Source of the DNA: a candidate division WOR-3 bacterium
Lineage (GTDB): Bacteria; Hydrothermota; 32-111
Assembly: GCA_037481815.1 (NCBI GenBank)
Contig: JBBFKX010000001.1
Span: 192,001 to 256,000 of the forward strand
Direction of reading: 5' to 3'
Length of the DNA stretch: 64,000 nt
Shown here: positions 17,552 through 27,746 of the stretch, piece by piece
Layout of the letters: each line of letters opens with the position of its first letter
How positions within the stretch are numbered: position 1 is the first letter of the stretch
The notes under the pieces: model-generated
Databases searched by the model: none
What the model saw: only the letters and a program-made list of their open reading frames with translations
Told to the model about the DNA's origin: nothing
Made by a program: the position numbers and the translations under genes

Positions 17552-20523
17552 AAAATTTTTTGAAAAATTTATTTTTTAATTTCAACACGAACTATTTTTC
17601 AAAATATTCAACAAAAGAAATTTTTTTCAGGATCAGATACAATTTCCTTTTGTTAATTCTAATACTCGGAATAACAGATACATTCTATTTTTCTTTAAAA
17701 CATTTGTTCCCATACATAAGTCCAATAGAGTTTTTAACACACTTTATCTCTTTGGTAATATGTCACATTCTTCTTGTAATACTTGTAAAAAAGAAAAATG
17801 TTGATCTCGTTGGAAGAATTCTAGTTTTTGTTCTTTTTCTTGTAGGTTTATACACATTGTTTTTTACACAGCTTGATTCTTCAAGAAGGGCTTTTGTTTA
17901 TATTTTTCCGCTTCTATCATTTCTTTCGATACCATTCTGGGAAAGTTTTGTTTTCTGTTTTTTAATTTTAATATTTATCATTTTAAGAATTCCAGTGTTC
18001 TCAAAAATTTTCACATATGATAGGTCTCTACACTTCAGTTTCTTTTTTACATACCTCTCAATATTTTTTGCCACTTCTATATTTAAGTATTTTGTTGAAC
18101 TGTTTCAAAGAATAGCCCTAGAAAACGAGGAAAGGCTGGATTATGAGAATAAAGTTTTAAAAGTTTTAAAAGATAATTTTCAGAGAAAGACCGAAGAGTT
18201 TGAAAAACTTTTTGCAGTTGTTCCAAGTGCTGTTTTTATAGCAGATAAAGACAGAAGAATTTTATCAATAAACAAAAGGGCACTTGAGATACTCAAATAT
18301 AAAGAGGAAGAACTGGTTGGAAAAGAATGTACATTTTTTGCTAATGAGCCTTGCAGAAGTGGCTGTGGCCTTATAAATAAAATGGATGATAATCCGATAT
18401 ATAACAAAGTATGTACGGTAATAACAAAGGATGGAAATGTAAGAATAATTTCAAAAAATGCACAGGTTTTAAGAGATGATCAAAATAATTTTACTGGTTG
18501 TATTGAGGTTTTTGATGATATTACAGAAAAATTCAATTATGAAAGAGAGATAGAAAAATTGTTGTTCTCTGTTAATCAAAGCCCTGCAAGTATTGTAATA
18601 ACCGATACGGAAGGTAATATAGAATATGTTAACAAAAAATTCACAGAGGTTTCAGGTTATACTTTTGAAGAAGTCAAAGGAAAAAATCCAAGAATTTTAA
18701 AATCAGGCGAAAAGAGCAAGGAGGAATACAAAGAGTTGTGGGATACGATAAAATCTGGAAAGGAATGGAGGGGAGAATTTCATAATAAAAGAAAAGATGG
18801 AACTCTCTATTGGGAACTTGCTCTGATTGCACCAATAATTGATAAAGATGGAAAGATAATAAATTTTGTTGCGGTTAAAGAGGATATAACTGAAAGAAAA
18901 AGGATGGAACATGAACTTTTTGAATCGAAATTGAAAGCAGAGCAGGCAACAAAAGCAAAATCTGTTTTTCTTGCAAATATGAGTCATGAGATCAGAACAC
19001 CTCTTAATGGAATAGTTGGAATGGTTGATCTACTTCTTGGAACAAAACTCGATAAAGAACAGGAAGATTATGTAAAAACGATAAAATATTCTTCTATAAC
19101 TTTATTAACATTGATAAATGATATTCTTGATTTTTCAAAAATAGAATCTGGGAAGATGAGTTTTGAAGAGATAGAATTTGATCTTTATCAACTTGTTGAA
19201 CTATCTTTAAAACCTCTCGTTTTTGAAATATCGAAAAAAGGTCTTGAAGTTCTTATCGATATAGATAAAGATGTTCCAAGATATATAAAATCTGATCCTG
19301 TAAGGTTGAAACAGGTTTTACTCAACCTTGTTGGAAATTCTTTAAAATTCACAGAAAAAGGGGAAATACTCGTTGAAGTAAAGAGGGTAGAAAAAAAAGG
19401 AAACGATGTGATATTAAAGTTCATCGTTTCAGACACAGGAATAGGTATAGATAACGATAAAATAGAAAAAATATTTCAACCTTTTGAACAGGCGGATAAT
19501 TCTATAACAAGAAAGTTTGGAGGAACGGGTCTTGGAACAACCATTTCGAAATACATTGTGGAAAAATTGGGTGGAGAGATATATGCTCTTTCTCCTTCAA
19601 AACTTTCTAAAGATGGAGGTAGAGGAAGAGGAAGTGAATTTGGATTCACTATAAAAACTGTTCAGGTGTCAGCTGATGATATCAAGAAAACATTTTCTAA
19701 AATCAAAGGAATTGAAAGGGTTCTTGTTATAGATGATAATAAATTGAATTTAAAGATAATGCATAACATGTTATCGGTCTGGAATGTCGAGTGTGAGTGT
19801 CTAACATCTTTTAAGGATTTTACAAAGAATTTGAATGATTATGATATTGTATTTGTCGATTATATTATGCCTGAAATTGATGGACTTGAAGTAGCAAAGA
19901 TGATCAAAGAAAAGAATAAAAAGATTAAAGTCATCATCTTTACATCTTCAATATTAAAAGAGGATAAAGAAAGATTTGATACTATCGGTGTTGATGGATA
20001 CCTTCAGAAACCTGTTTCTCAATCATCTTTGTATGATTTGCTTATTTCAATTTTTGAGAGTAAAGAACAGGAAAAGGAAGTAAAGGATACAAAAGCGCAG
20101 GTTGACAAAAAAGACATTAAAATTCTTGTTGCTGAGGACAACACGGTTAATCAGAAGGTAGCGAAAAACATGTTGAACAAACTTGGTTATGATGTTGATA
20201 TCGCTGAAAACGGAGAAAAGGTTTTAGAGATGATGAAAGAAAGGTCATATGATCTTGTTCTTATGGATGTACAGATGCCTGTAATGGATGGTTTAACCAC
20301 AACAAGAATCATAAGAGAGGTTGAGGATGATATCAAAAACAACAGGAATCTTAGTTATAATCTTATGATTAAGAAAATTCCTGTTCCAATAATTGCCTTG
20401 ACAGCGAACGCTATGAAAGAGGATAAAGATGTATGTCTTGCCAACGGTATGAATGATTATTTGCCAAAACCTCTAAATCTGAACGAGTTAAAGGATATTG
20501 TTGAAAAGTATACAAAGAGTTGA
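17548..20523 (+). CDS. Membrane-bound hybrid sensor histidine kinase (TM-PAS-PAS-HisKA-HATPase-REC-REC)
   Basis: About 5-6 N-terminal TMs, two PAS domains, FLANMSHEIRTPL, DTGIG, GGTGLG, two receivers. Confidence 0.94.
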   Translation: MKNFLKNLFFNFNTNYFSKYSTKEIFFRIRYNFLLLILILGITDTFYFSLKHLFPYISPIEFLTHFISLVICHILLVILVKKKNVDLVGRILVFVLFLVGLYTLFFTQLDSSRRAFVYIFPLLSFLSIPFWESFVFCFLILIFIILRIPVFSKIFTYDRSLHFSFFFTYLSIFFATSIFKYFVELFQRIALENEERLDYENKVLKVLKDNFQRKTEEFEKLFAVVPSAVFIADKDRRILSINKRALEILKYKEEELVGKECTFFANEPCRSGCGLINKMDDNPIYNKVCTVITKDGNVRIISKNAQVLRDDQNNFTGCIEVFDDITEKFNYEREIEKLLFSVNQSPASIVITDTEGNIEYVNKKFTEVSGYTFEEVKGKNPRILKSGEKSKEEYKELWDTIKSGKEWRGEFHNKRKDGTLYWELALIAPIIDKDGKIINFVAVKEDITERKRMEHELFESKLKAEQATKAKSVFLANMSHEIRTPLNGIVGMVDLLLGTKLDKEQEDYVKTIKYSSITLLTLINDILDFSKIESGKMSFEEIEFDLYQLVELSLKPLVFEISKKGLEVLIDIDKDVPRYIKSDPVRLKQVLLNLVGNSLKFTEKGEILVEVKRVEKKGNDVILKFIVSDTGIGIDNDKIEKIFQPFEQADNSITRKFGGTGLGTTISKYIVEKLGGEIYALSPSKLSKDGGRGRGSEFGFTIKTVQVSADDIKKTFSKIKGIERVLVIDDNKLNLKIMHNMLSVWNVECECLTSFKDFTKNLNDYDIVFVDYIMPEIDGLEVAKMIKEKNKKIKVIIFTSSILKEDKERFDTIGVDGYLQKPVSQSSLYDLLISIFESKEQEKEVKDTKAQVDKKDIKILVAEDNTVNQKVAKNMLNKLGYDVDIAENGEKVLEMMKERSYDLVLMDVQMPVMDGLTTTRIIREVEDDIKNNRNLSYNLMIKKIPVPIIALTANAMKEDKDVCLANGMNDYLPKPLNLNELKDIVEKYTKS

Positions 20524-20535
20524 TATAATAATTAA

Positions 20536-21585
20536 ATGGATCCAAAAGTTTATTTTATAGATATTCAAACTTTTTCAGGAAATTTTAAAATATTTGAGAA
20601 CATCCTTTTAAAGGAAATAGAGGTTCAAAAAATATTTTATGAAAATTCTTTGATTGCTGTAAAAATACATTTTGGAGAAAAAGGAAACAGAGCTTACATA
20701 AAGCCTGTATACGCCAATTGGTTCTGTGAATTTTTAAAGAAAAACGGGTATAAACCTTTTTTAACTGATACAAATACTCTTTATAAAGGTATGAGATCAA
20801 ACTCCGTGGATCACCTTGAGAACGCATTCTTTAATGGGTTTTCATATTTCCCGATAATAATCTCTGATGGATTGAGGGGGGAAAGTTTTGTAAAGGTAGA
20901 AAAGGAACTTGAAGTACTAAAGGAATTTTATATTGGCTCTGACATCTATTATTCCGATGGAATATTATTTTTAACACATTTTAAAGGGCATGAATTGACA
21001 GGATTTGGAGGTTCAATCAAAAATATGGGTATGGGTTGTGCTGCGAAGAGAGGAAAACTTTCCATGCATTCTAATCTAACACCTTTTGTTGATAAAGAAA
21101 AGTGTAAAGGATGTTTTAAATGCATAAAATGGTGCAATGTGAAGGCTATCAGGGAATCGGGGAACACTGCTTTTATTGATAAAAATATATGTGTTGGGTG
21201 CGGTTTATGTCTTGAGATATGTGATTTTAGAGCAATAAACATTGATTGGGGAATAGAGAGTTCTTTGATGCAGAAAAAGATGGCTGAGTATGCAAAGGTA
21301 TCTGTTGAAAGCAAGCCAGCAGTTTTTGTAAATTTTGTAATTGACATTTCTCCTGTTTGTGATTGTTATCCTTATAATAAAGGCCCAATTGCAAAAGACG
21401 TTGGTATACTTTTTTCTAATGACCCTGTCGCTATCGATAGAGCGTCTTATGATCTTGTTTGTGAAAGAACCGGATATGATCCTTTTAAAAAAACTCATCC
21501 AGATATAGATCCTCTTGTTCAACTTGAACATGCACAGAAAATTGGCCTTGGGACAAACAGTTATGAACTTGTTCAGATCACTTAA
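20536..21585 (+). CDS. DUF362 family Fe-S protein with 2x[4Fe-4S] ferredoxin insert
   Basis: KIHFGEKGN, THFKGH, GGSIKNMGMG, CKGCFKCIKWC / CVGCGLCLEIC, CDC, DPVAID. Confidence 0.88.
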   Translation: MDPKVYFIDIQTFSGNFKIFENILLKEIEVQKIFYENSLIAVKIHFGEKGNRAYIKPVYANWFCEFLKKNGYKPFLTDTNTLYKGMRSNSVDHLENAFFNGFSYFPIIISDGLRGESFVKVEKELEVLKEFYIGSDIYYSDGILFLTHFKGHELTGFGGSIKNMGMGCAAKRGKLSMHSNLTPFVDKEKCKGCFKCIKWCNVKAIRESGNTAFIDKNICVGCGLCLEICDFRAINIDWGIESSLMQKKMAEYAKVSVESKPAVFVNFVIDISPVCDCYPYNKGPIAKDVGILFSNDPVAIDRASYDLVCERTGYDPFKKTHPDIDPLVQLEHAQKIGLGTNSYELVQIT

Positions 21586-23518
21586 AATATCAATACTTAT
21601 TTTTTCCTTTATCAGAGTGTTTCCCTTCTGGCAGTATTTTGATGATTCAGAAAATGTAAAAAAATTTTTTAATAAAGAAATCGATTTTGAAAAGGTTCTC
21701 TATACTAAAAGTGTTGAACAACTCGAAATATTATCAAACATAGATAAATTTATTCTGTTTAGCGATTCTTTGATCAAAGATGGGAAATTGCCTCAAAATT
21801 ATTTTCAAGAATATTTATATTTAAAAAATAGTTTTATAGAAAAAAAATTTAATCAAATAATTTCATTTGAACCAAAATTTTTAAAAGATTCTTTAAAAAA
21901 CATCTTTTTTATTTTCAAAGGTTATTCTTACTATAATCTTAATGATTTAGAAAATAGTTTAAAAATATCTTCAGAATTTAAAGGGGATCTTTCGAATATT
22001 TTAAAAATAATTTCGTTGTATAAATTGCAAAAGTATGATGATTGTATAACAACGATAGAAGAATTTGAGAACTTTATTAACTATCCTGAAATCTTTAAGA
22101 TTTATATAAATCTGAACTTTGTGAAAAAAAATTATGAAAAGTTGGATTATTTTTGTGATCTCTTTCTTACTAAGTTTCAAGAGGATAAGGATTATTTTTA
22201 TGTTGTCTATATAAAAAGTCAGGTTTTGTTTAAAAAAGGATATTTTAATAAATCGCTCTATTTTGTAAATCAGGTTATTCTAAATGAAAAATATGATTCG
22301 ATACTTTTGGGTAATGCATATTATCTTGCTGGTAAAAATTATTTTATGCTTGGTGATTATGATAAAATGGAGAACTATTTCAATGTTTTCAGAGAATCAA
22401 ATATATCATCAGATTTTAAAAAAAATGCCCTCTTTTTAGATGGTAAAGGTTTTTTTCTCAAAGGTGATTTTAAAAAAGCGATTAAAAAACTCGAAAATTT
22501 TTCGAACGAATTTCCTGAAGATGAGTTAACAATATATGCAGATCAAATGATCGCAGAGTCCTATTTCAATATAAAAAACTATAAGAAATTCAAGGAATAC
22601 CTTAATAAAAGAAATTATCCAGATTTTATAAAAGACAAGATGGTTTATTTGAAATATTTTGTAGATTATAAAGATGGTTTATATCCCGATAGCATTCAGT
22701 CATTCATATCTTTTATAAACAATGAAAAAAATAATCCTTTCAAAAAGAACGCTTATGAAAGAATTATTGAAGAAACATCTTCAGATTCTTTAAAGGTTTA
22801 CTATCTTAAAAACTATCTAATAGAATTCAATAGAGGTGAAAAAGTTTTTCAGATCTTTGAAAAAAATATTTCTTTTATTTATGAAAATCTAAAATTGGAT
22901 TTTATAATAAATTTTTTTAAAAATATGGATTTTTCTAATGAAAAAGTATGTAAAATATTTTATCTTCTTCTAAATTATGCTTACAAAAATAGACAAGATA
23001 ATATATTTGTTATAAACATTGTCCAGAATTTTACTGACAACATGAAATTTTATAAAGACGAAGTTGAATACCTATTAATAAATTCACTAAAAAATATTGG
23101 CAATTATGATGCAGCACTTATTTTGATCGATAAAAAGTTGAAAGTAAAAAACAGTTTTTCAGATTCCTTGTTAATTTTACAATTTACAATTTATTCTCAG
23201 AAAAATGATATCGAAAAACTTACAAAACTTGTCGAGAATTATGGTGGTGATATTTTTGTTGAAGCAGAATTGAACAGATTTTTAGGTGAAAAATTTTTTT
23301 CACTGAAAATGTACTCACAGGCAAAAGATTATTTCAGAAAAGCACTTGTTCTCTATCAGGATAATCGAGAAAGGGTCGCCCTTGTCTTAACAGAACTTGC
23401 TGAAACTCATTATGCTCTTGACGAAAAAGAGAATGCTTCTATAATTGCACAACAGGCGCTATTTTTTACAAAAGATGTTAACTTAATAAACAGGATAAAA
23501 CTTTTAATTGAAAAGTAG
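21563..23518 (+). CDS. Exported TPR-repeat protein
   Basis: ATG 21563 gives a signal-like N-terminus (MNLFRSLKISILIFSF); multiple TPR-like helices. Confidence 0.7.
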   Translation: MNLFRSLKISILIFSFIRVFPFWQYFDDSENVKKFFNKEIDFEKVLYTKSVEQLEILSNIDKFILFSDSLIKDGKLPQNYFQEYLYLKNSFIEKKFNQIISFEPKFLKDSLKNIFFIFKGYSYYNLNDLENSLKISSEFKGDLSNILKIISLYKLQKYDDCITTIEEFENFINYPEIFKIYINLNFVKKNYEKLDYFCDLFLTKFQEDKDYFYVVYIKSQVLFKKGYFNKSLYFVNQVILNEKYDSILLGNAYYLAGKNYFMLGDYDKMENYFNVFRESNISSDFKKNALFLDGKGFFLKGDFKKAIKKLENFSNEFPEDELTIYADQMIAESYFNIKNYKKFKEYLNKRNYPDFIKDKMVYLKYFVDYKDGLYPDSIQSFISFINNEKNNPFKKNAYERIIEETSSDSLKVYYLKNYLIEFNRGEKVFQIFEKNISFIYENLKLDFIINFFKNMDFSNEKVCKIFYLLLNYAYKNRQDNIFVINIVQNFTDNMKFYKDEVEYLLINSLKNIGNYDAALILIDKKLKVKNSFSDSLLILQFTIYSQKNDIEKLTKLVENYGGDIFVEAELNRFLGEKFFSLKMYSQAKDYFRKALVLYQDNRERVALVLTELAETHYALDEKENASIIAQQALFFTKDVNLINRIKLLIEK

Positions 23519-24782
23519 AAAAACATTTTCATTTTTTCCATTAACTCTTGGTTGTTCGAAAAATCAAGTTGATCTTGAATATTTGTTGGGAGAATTGACA
23601 AAAGAAGGGCATTCGATTGTTGGTGATATTGATAGAGCCGATTTTGTTCTTATAAATACCTGTTCCTTTATACATGATGCAAGAGTTGAAAGCGAAAGAA
23701 TAGCGAAAAAATTTTCAAAAACAAAAAAAGTTATACTCCTTGGATGTTATGTCCAGATGTTTAAGGAAAGAGTTTTCAAAATATTTCCTAACATAAATCT
23801 TTTCATTGGAACCGAAAGTGGGCAATTTAATGATTTTATTCTTGAAAATCTGAATACGAAAAAAAAGTTGATAATGTTGAATGAGAATAAAACAATCTTC
23901 TATAGTTCAAAAAGGTATCCTTTAAACAGATTCCATACTTACATTAAGATTTCTGAAGGGTGTTTAAGAAAATGTTCTTTTTGCAAAATTCCATCGATAA
24001 GAGGGACTTTAAGAAGTAAAAGAATAGAAGAGATTTTAAAGGAAGTCGAGAATTTTTCAAAAAAGGGCTTTAAGGAGTTTGAACTGATATCAGAGGATTC
24101 ATCTGTTTATGGAATTGATCTTTATAAAAAGAGAATGATTTTAAAACTTATTGAAAATTTAAACAAAAATTTTCCTGATCGATTGTTCCGACTTCTCTAT
24201 GTTTACCCTGATAGCGCTATAAATGATATTGTTTTTGCAATAAAAGAAGCAAAGAGTTTTATCAAATACATCGATGTTCCATTCCAGCACGTTTCAAATG
24301 ATGTTTTAAAATCTATGAAAAGAGATAACATTGATGTTTTGGAAATTTCCAGTATGATAAAAAAAACAGGCCTTATTTTAAGAAGTTCATTCATAGTTGG
24401 GTTCCCTCATGAAAAAGAAAAAGATTTTCAAATCTTAAAGGATTTTATAAAAAGAGGATATATAGATAAACTTGGGCTTTTTCTGTATTCTGATGAAAAT
24501 GAAGAAATCGAGGATACTATAGATTTTTCTAAAAAGGTTGAAAGATTCAACAGGTTGATCAATGTTAACAAAAAAATAGCAATGAAAAAAATGAGGAATA
24601 AAGTTGGTCAATATAAAGATGTTGTTTTTTATTATTCAGACGATGAGTATACTTATGGAAGGTTGATTGAAGATGCCCCTGACATCGATGATGTTGTAGT
24701 TTCAAAAAATAGGGATATCGAAAAATTTAAAATTATAAAATTAAAAATAACAGATGTTAAGAATTACACTTATTTTTGCTAA
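23508..24782 (+). CDS. rimO: Ribosomal protein S12 methylthiotransferase RimO
   Basis: LGCSKNQVD, NTCSFI, YIKISEGCLRKCSFCKIP, APDID near the C-terminus. Confidence 0.85.
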   Translation: MKSRKTFSFFPLTLGCSKNQVDLEYLLGELTKEGHSIVGDIDRADFVLINTCSFIHDARVESERIAKKFSKTKKVILLGCYVQMFKERVFKIFPNINLFIGTESGQFNDFILENLNTKKKLIMLNENKTIFYSSKRYPLNRFHTYIKISEGCLRKCSFCKIPSIRGTLRSKRIEEILKEVENFSKKGFKEFELISEDSSVYGIDLYKKRMILKLIENLNKNFPDRLFRLLYVYPDSAINDIVFAIKEAKSFIKYIDVPFQHVSNDVLKSMKRDNIDVLEISSMIKKTGLILRSSFIVGFPHEKEKDFQILKDFIKRGYIDKLGLFLYSDENEEIEDTIDFSKKVERFNRLINVNKKIAMKKMRNKVGQYKDVVFYYSDDEYTYGRLIEDAPDIDDVVVSKNRDIEKFKIIKLKITDVKNYTYFC

Positions 24783-24790
24783 AACTTTTC

Positions 24791-24818
24791 TTGACTTAAA
24801 AAAACTTTTATAGATAAT
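24791..24818 (+). promoter_or_regulatory. sigma70-like promoter TTGACT-N16-GATAAT (likely leaderless transcript)
   Basis: 7 nt upstream of ATG 24826; no SD. Confidence 0.5.
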
Positions 24819-24825
24819 ACAATTT

Positions 24826-26649
24826 ATGGCTATTATAAACTATGATATTATTGTTGTTACCGATGATCGTAAGAAAAAGGTAAAATATAACTTTCTTGAT
24901 GGAGAAGAAGTTATTTATAACCATACAAGGTTCAAAATAAGGTTGATAAGCAAATTCATCTATTCTGAACCAGGACTTGACAAATTGATGTATGATGGAG
25001 TTATTGTAGATGTCAAGCAGTTTGAGGATGATATTATAAATACCCTTCTTTTTTATAACAATCAAAGTGAAATTTTTATTTTTGATTATAAATTTAAACC
25101 GAACATTGTTAACAGGAATATAAAATATTTTTACGAACTTTCAGGTTTAAAAAATTTGATAATCCAGTTTTTTTATGAGAGAAGATACAATACTCCATTT
25201 TTCAATTCTTTAAAAAAACTTGCAAGAAGTAAAAAACAGAGATGGCATACACCAGGGCATGTCGGAGGTGAGGCCTTCGAAAAATATACCTCTGTGAGGG
25301 ATTTCAAACGTTTTTATAAAAATAATATTTTTTTAACAGATACATCCGTATCCGATCCTTCTTTTGGTTCTTTGCTTTCTCACAACGGTGTATTTAAAGA
25401 AGCAGAAAAACTTCTATCGACCGCCTATGGAACTTTATACTCTTTCATTAATGTTCATGGTACATCAACTTCAAACAAAATCATTTTTATGACTCTTCTG
25501 GACAAAGGTGATAAGGTCATAGTCGATAGAAACATTCATAAATCGACGATACATTCGATAATCGTTTCAGGTGCTTTGCCTGTATTTTTAAAAGCCAATT
25601 TTAACAAAGAGTTCGGGATCATATTACCTACAAGGAAAGAGGAGGTTATAAAATGTATTGAGGAGAACAGGGATGCGAAACTTCTCGCTTTGACTGTTCC
25701 CACTTATGATGGTTTAAGATACAATTTACCGGAAATAATTTCTGTTGCCCACAAATATAAAATCAAAGTTCTTGTCGATGAGGCATGGGGAGCTCATATG
25801 CATTTCCACCATGATTATTACCCTGATGCTTTACAGAGTGGAGCAGATTATGTTGTTCAATCCACACATAAAGTAATGGGGGCTTTTTCTCAAGCATCTG
25901 TGATTCATGTCAACGACAAAGATTTTAAAGATAAAAAGTATGAGTTTTTTGAAAATTACATGTTTTTCTCATCGACTTCTCCCTTTTATCCGATGGTTGC
26001 GAGTATAGATGTAGCAAGAAAACTTCTGTCTTGTGAAGGAAAGATGATTCTGGAAAAGTTAAAAAAATATTATGAGCAACTTGTCACTGAAATTGATGCT
26101 CTAAACGATTTTAAAGTTTTAAAAAGGTCTTATCTGAAAGGATACTATCAAAGCATAAACGAAATATTGTTTGACTATACAAGAATCCTTGTAAATTTTT
26201 CAAAAGCCGGTATAGGGAAAAAACAGATATATTCTTATCTTTTAAAAAATAAAATTGTCGTCGAAAAAATAAATTATAACAGTTTCACTTTACTTCTTGG
26301 AGTTGGAACAACACAGAATATGGTGAGAAGGTTGTTAAAAGTTTTAAAAGATTTTAAATATGAAAAAAGAGATTTGAAAGAGAAAGAAATTCAATTTATC
26401 TGGAACGATCTTGAAGCCACCATACCACCATTTGAGGCATACCAATCAAAAGGTGAATGGATAGATTTGAAAAACGCAAAGGGAAGAATTTCATCAAACA
26501 TGCTTGTTCCTTATCCTCCCGGAATTCCTTTGATCATACCTGGACAGATTTTTACAGAAGATCTTATAAACAATCTTTTGGAGATAATCTCGTTTGATGA
26601 GATTGAAATACATGGTTTAATAAAAGGAAAGGTGAAAGTTTTAAAATGA
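24826..26649 (+). CDS. Orn/Lys/Arg decarboxylase (PLP, fold type I)
   Basis: WHTPGH, DRNIHKS, VDEAWGAH, QSTHK (PLP lysine), STSPFYP, PYPPGIP. Confidence 0.92.
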   Translation: MAIINYDIIVVTDDRKKKVKYNFLDGEEVIYNHTRFKIRLISKFIYSEPGLDKLMYDGVIVDVKQFEDDIINTLLFYNNQSEIFIFDYKFKPNIVNRNIKYFYELSGLKNLIIQFFYERRYNTPFFNSLKKLARSKKQRWHTPGHVGGEAFEKYTSVRDFKRFYKNNIFLTDTSVSDPSFGSLLSHNGVFKEAEKLLSTAYGTLYSFINVHGTSTSNKIIFMTLLDKGDKVIVDRNIHKSTIHSIIVSGALPVFLKANFNKEFGIILPTRKEEVIKCIEENRDAKLLALTVPTYDGLRYNLPEIISVAHKYKIKVLVDEAWGAHMHFHHDYYPDALQSGADYVVQSTHKVMGAFSQASVIHVNDKDFKDKKYEFFENYMFFSSTSPFYPMVASIDVARKLLSCEGKMILEKLKKYYEQLVTEIDALNDFKVLKRSYLKGYYQSINEILFDYTRILVNFSKAGIGKKQIYSYLLKNKIVVEKINYNSFTLLLGVGTTQNMVRRLLKVLKDFKYEKRDLKEKEIQFIWNDLEATIPPFEAYQSKGEWIDLKNAKGRISSNMLVPYPPGIPLIIPGQIFTEDLINNLLEIISFDEIEIHGLIKGKVKVLK

Positions 26650-26909
26650 GCAAGAACAAAGAAATTTTAAAAGAGTTTGAAGAACTTTTTGATTCTTTAG
26701 GGATCGTTATAAGATATGACAACATCCAGAATGATGGTGGTTATTGTAAATATAAAGATAAAGAGTACATTATTTTAAACAAAATTTTACCTTTAAAAAA
26801 TAGGTTAGAGATTTATAAAAAGATTTTGAAAGATATTTTAAGTGAAAGAGGGGATATATTTTTAAAACCTGTATTACGGGAGTTTATTGAAAATGATCAA
26901 GATTCTTGA
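26646..26909 (+). CDS. Small hypothetical protein
   Basis: 87-aa ORF coupled by ATGA overlap; LGIVIRYD..GGYC...IILN pattern. Confidence 0.65.
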   Translation: MSKNKEILKEFEELFDSLGIVIRYDNIQNDGGYCKYKDKEYIILNKILPLKNRLEIYKKILKDILSERGDIFLKPVLREFIENDQDS

Positions 26910-27681
26910 AAACTTTTTTTTGAAGAAGAGGGTTAAAAGTATTGGAACAGAGTGGAAGAAACAGATAAACACATCTACTTTGTTTTATGGAATAAAAAAT
27001 GTTGTAGTAATCTGGAACAACGAAATAACTTCTCTAAACAGTTTTTTGACTTTTGATAGAAGTTTGAAAAACAAATTGAAAAATGTTAATATTTATTACT
27101 TAATCTTTCCTTATTTTACGCTTTATAAAGATTTTTTTAATCAAGAAAATATTGAAGAGTTAATAATACCAAAGCCAATTAAATTCCAGGAACTCGAAAA
27201 AATGGTTGAGTTTAAAAAAAAGGTAAAAGAGATAGATCTTTTTATTGATTTATCAAATATTGAAAAAGATTACAGGAAACTTTTTATTAGAACTTTGCAA
27301 CCTTCAGTATCGATAACTTTTTTTGAAGTAGGAATCGAGGAAGATTTTAACATTCTTTTTAAAAGCAAAGATAAGGATCCGGTTAATCTTTTGAAACTGC
27401 TCAATTTTGATATAGTTGACGAAAATTTTTTAGAATATTTAAAAATTAGAATAGAAAAATTGAATATAACGGTATTTCCTCTTGTGCTCATAGGGCAATC
27501 TTCTAAAGTTTTAAAAGAAAAGAAAAAAGCGGAAAAGGAAGGAAAAAGATTTCTTTATATATCAAGCTTAAAGAATGAACTGAACATTGTAAACTTTTAT
27601 CATATACTTAAAACGCAAGAACTTATATTTGATGAGAATGTTTCAAATGAGGTTACTTTTATAAAGAGTTTGAAATTCTAG
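26893..27681 (+). CDS. Hypothetical protein
   Basis: About 262-aa ORF in the operon, overlapping the previous gene; no motif recognised. Confidence 0.6.
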   Translation: MIKILENFFLKKRVKSIGTEWKKQINTSTLFYGIKNVVVIWNNEITSLNSFLTFDRSLKNKLKNVNIYYLIFPYFTLYKDFFNQENIEELIIPKPIKFQELEKMVEFKKKVKEIDLFIDLSNIEKDYRKLFIRTLQPSVSITFFEVGIEEDFNILFKSKDKDPVNLLKLLNFDIVDENFLEYLKIRIEKLNITVFPLVLIGQSSKVLKEKKKAEKEGKRFLYISSLKNELNIVNFYHILKTQELIFDENVSNEVTFIKSLKF

Positions 27682-27685
27682 AATA

Positions 27686-27713
27686 TTGACAACCATCTTT
27701 TATACAATATAAT
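27686..27713 (+). promoter_or_regulatory. sigma70 promoter TTGACA-N16-TATAAT of hppA
   Basis: Perfect hexamers at 27686-27691 and 27708-27713. Confidence 0.75.
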
Positions 27714-27746
27714 AAAAAAATTAAAATAAAAATTTGAGGAGTGCTT

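Noticed and set aside
13386..19726. 16-nt repeat ATTGAAAGGGTTCTTG near 13386 and 19711
   Set aside because: Both copies encode IERVL within genes; most likely chance plus codon bias.
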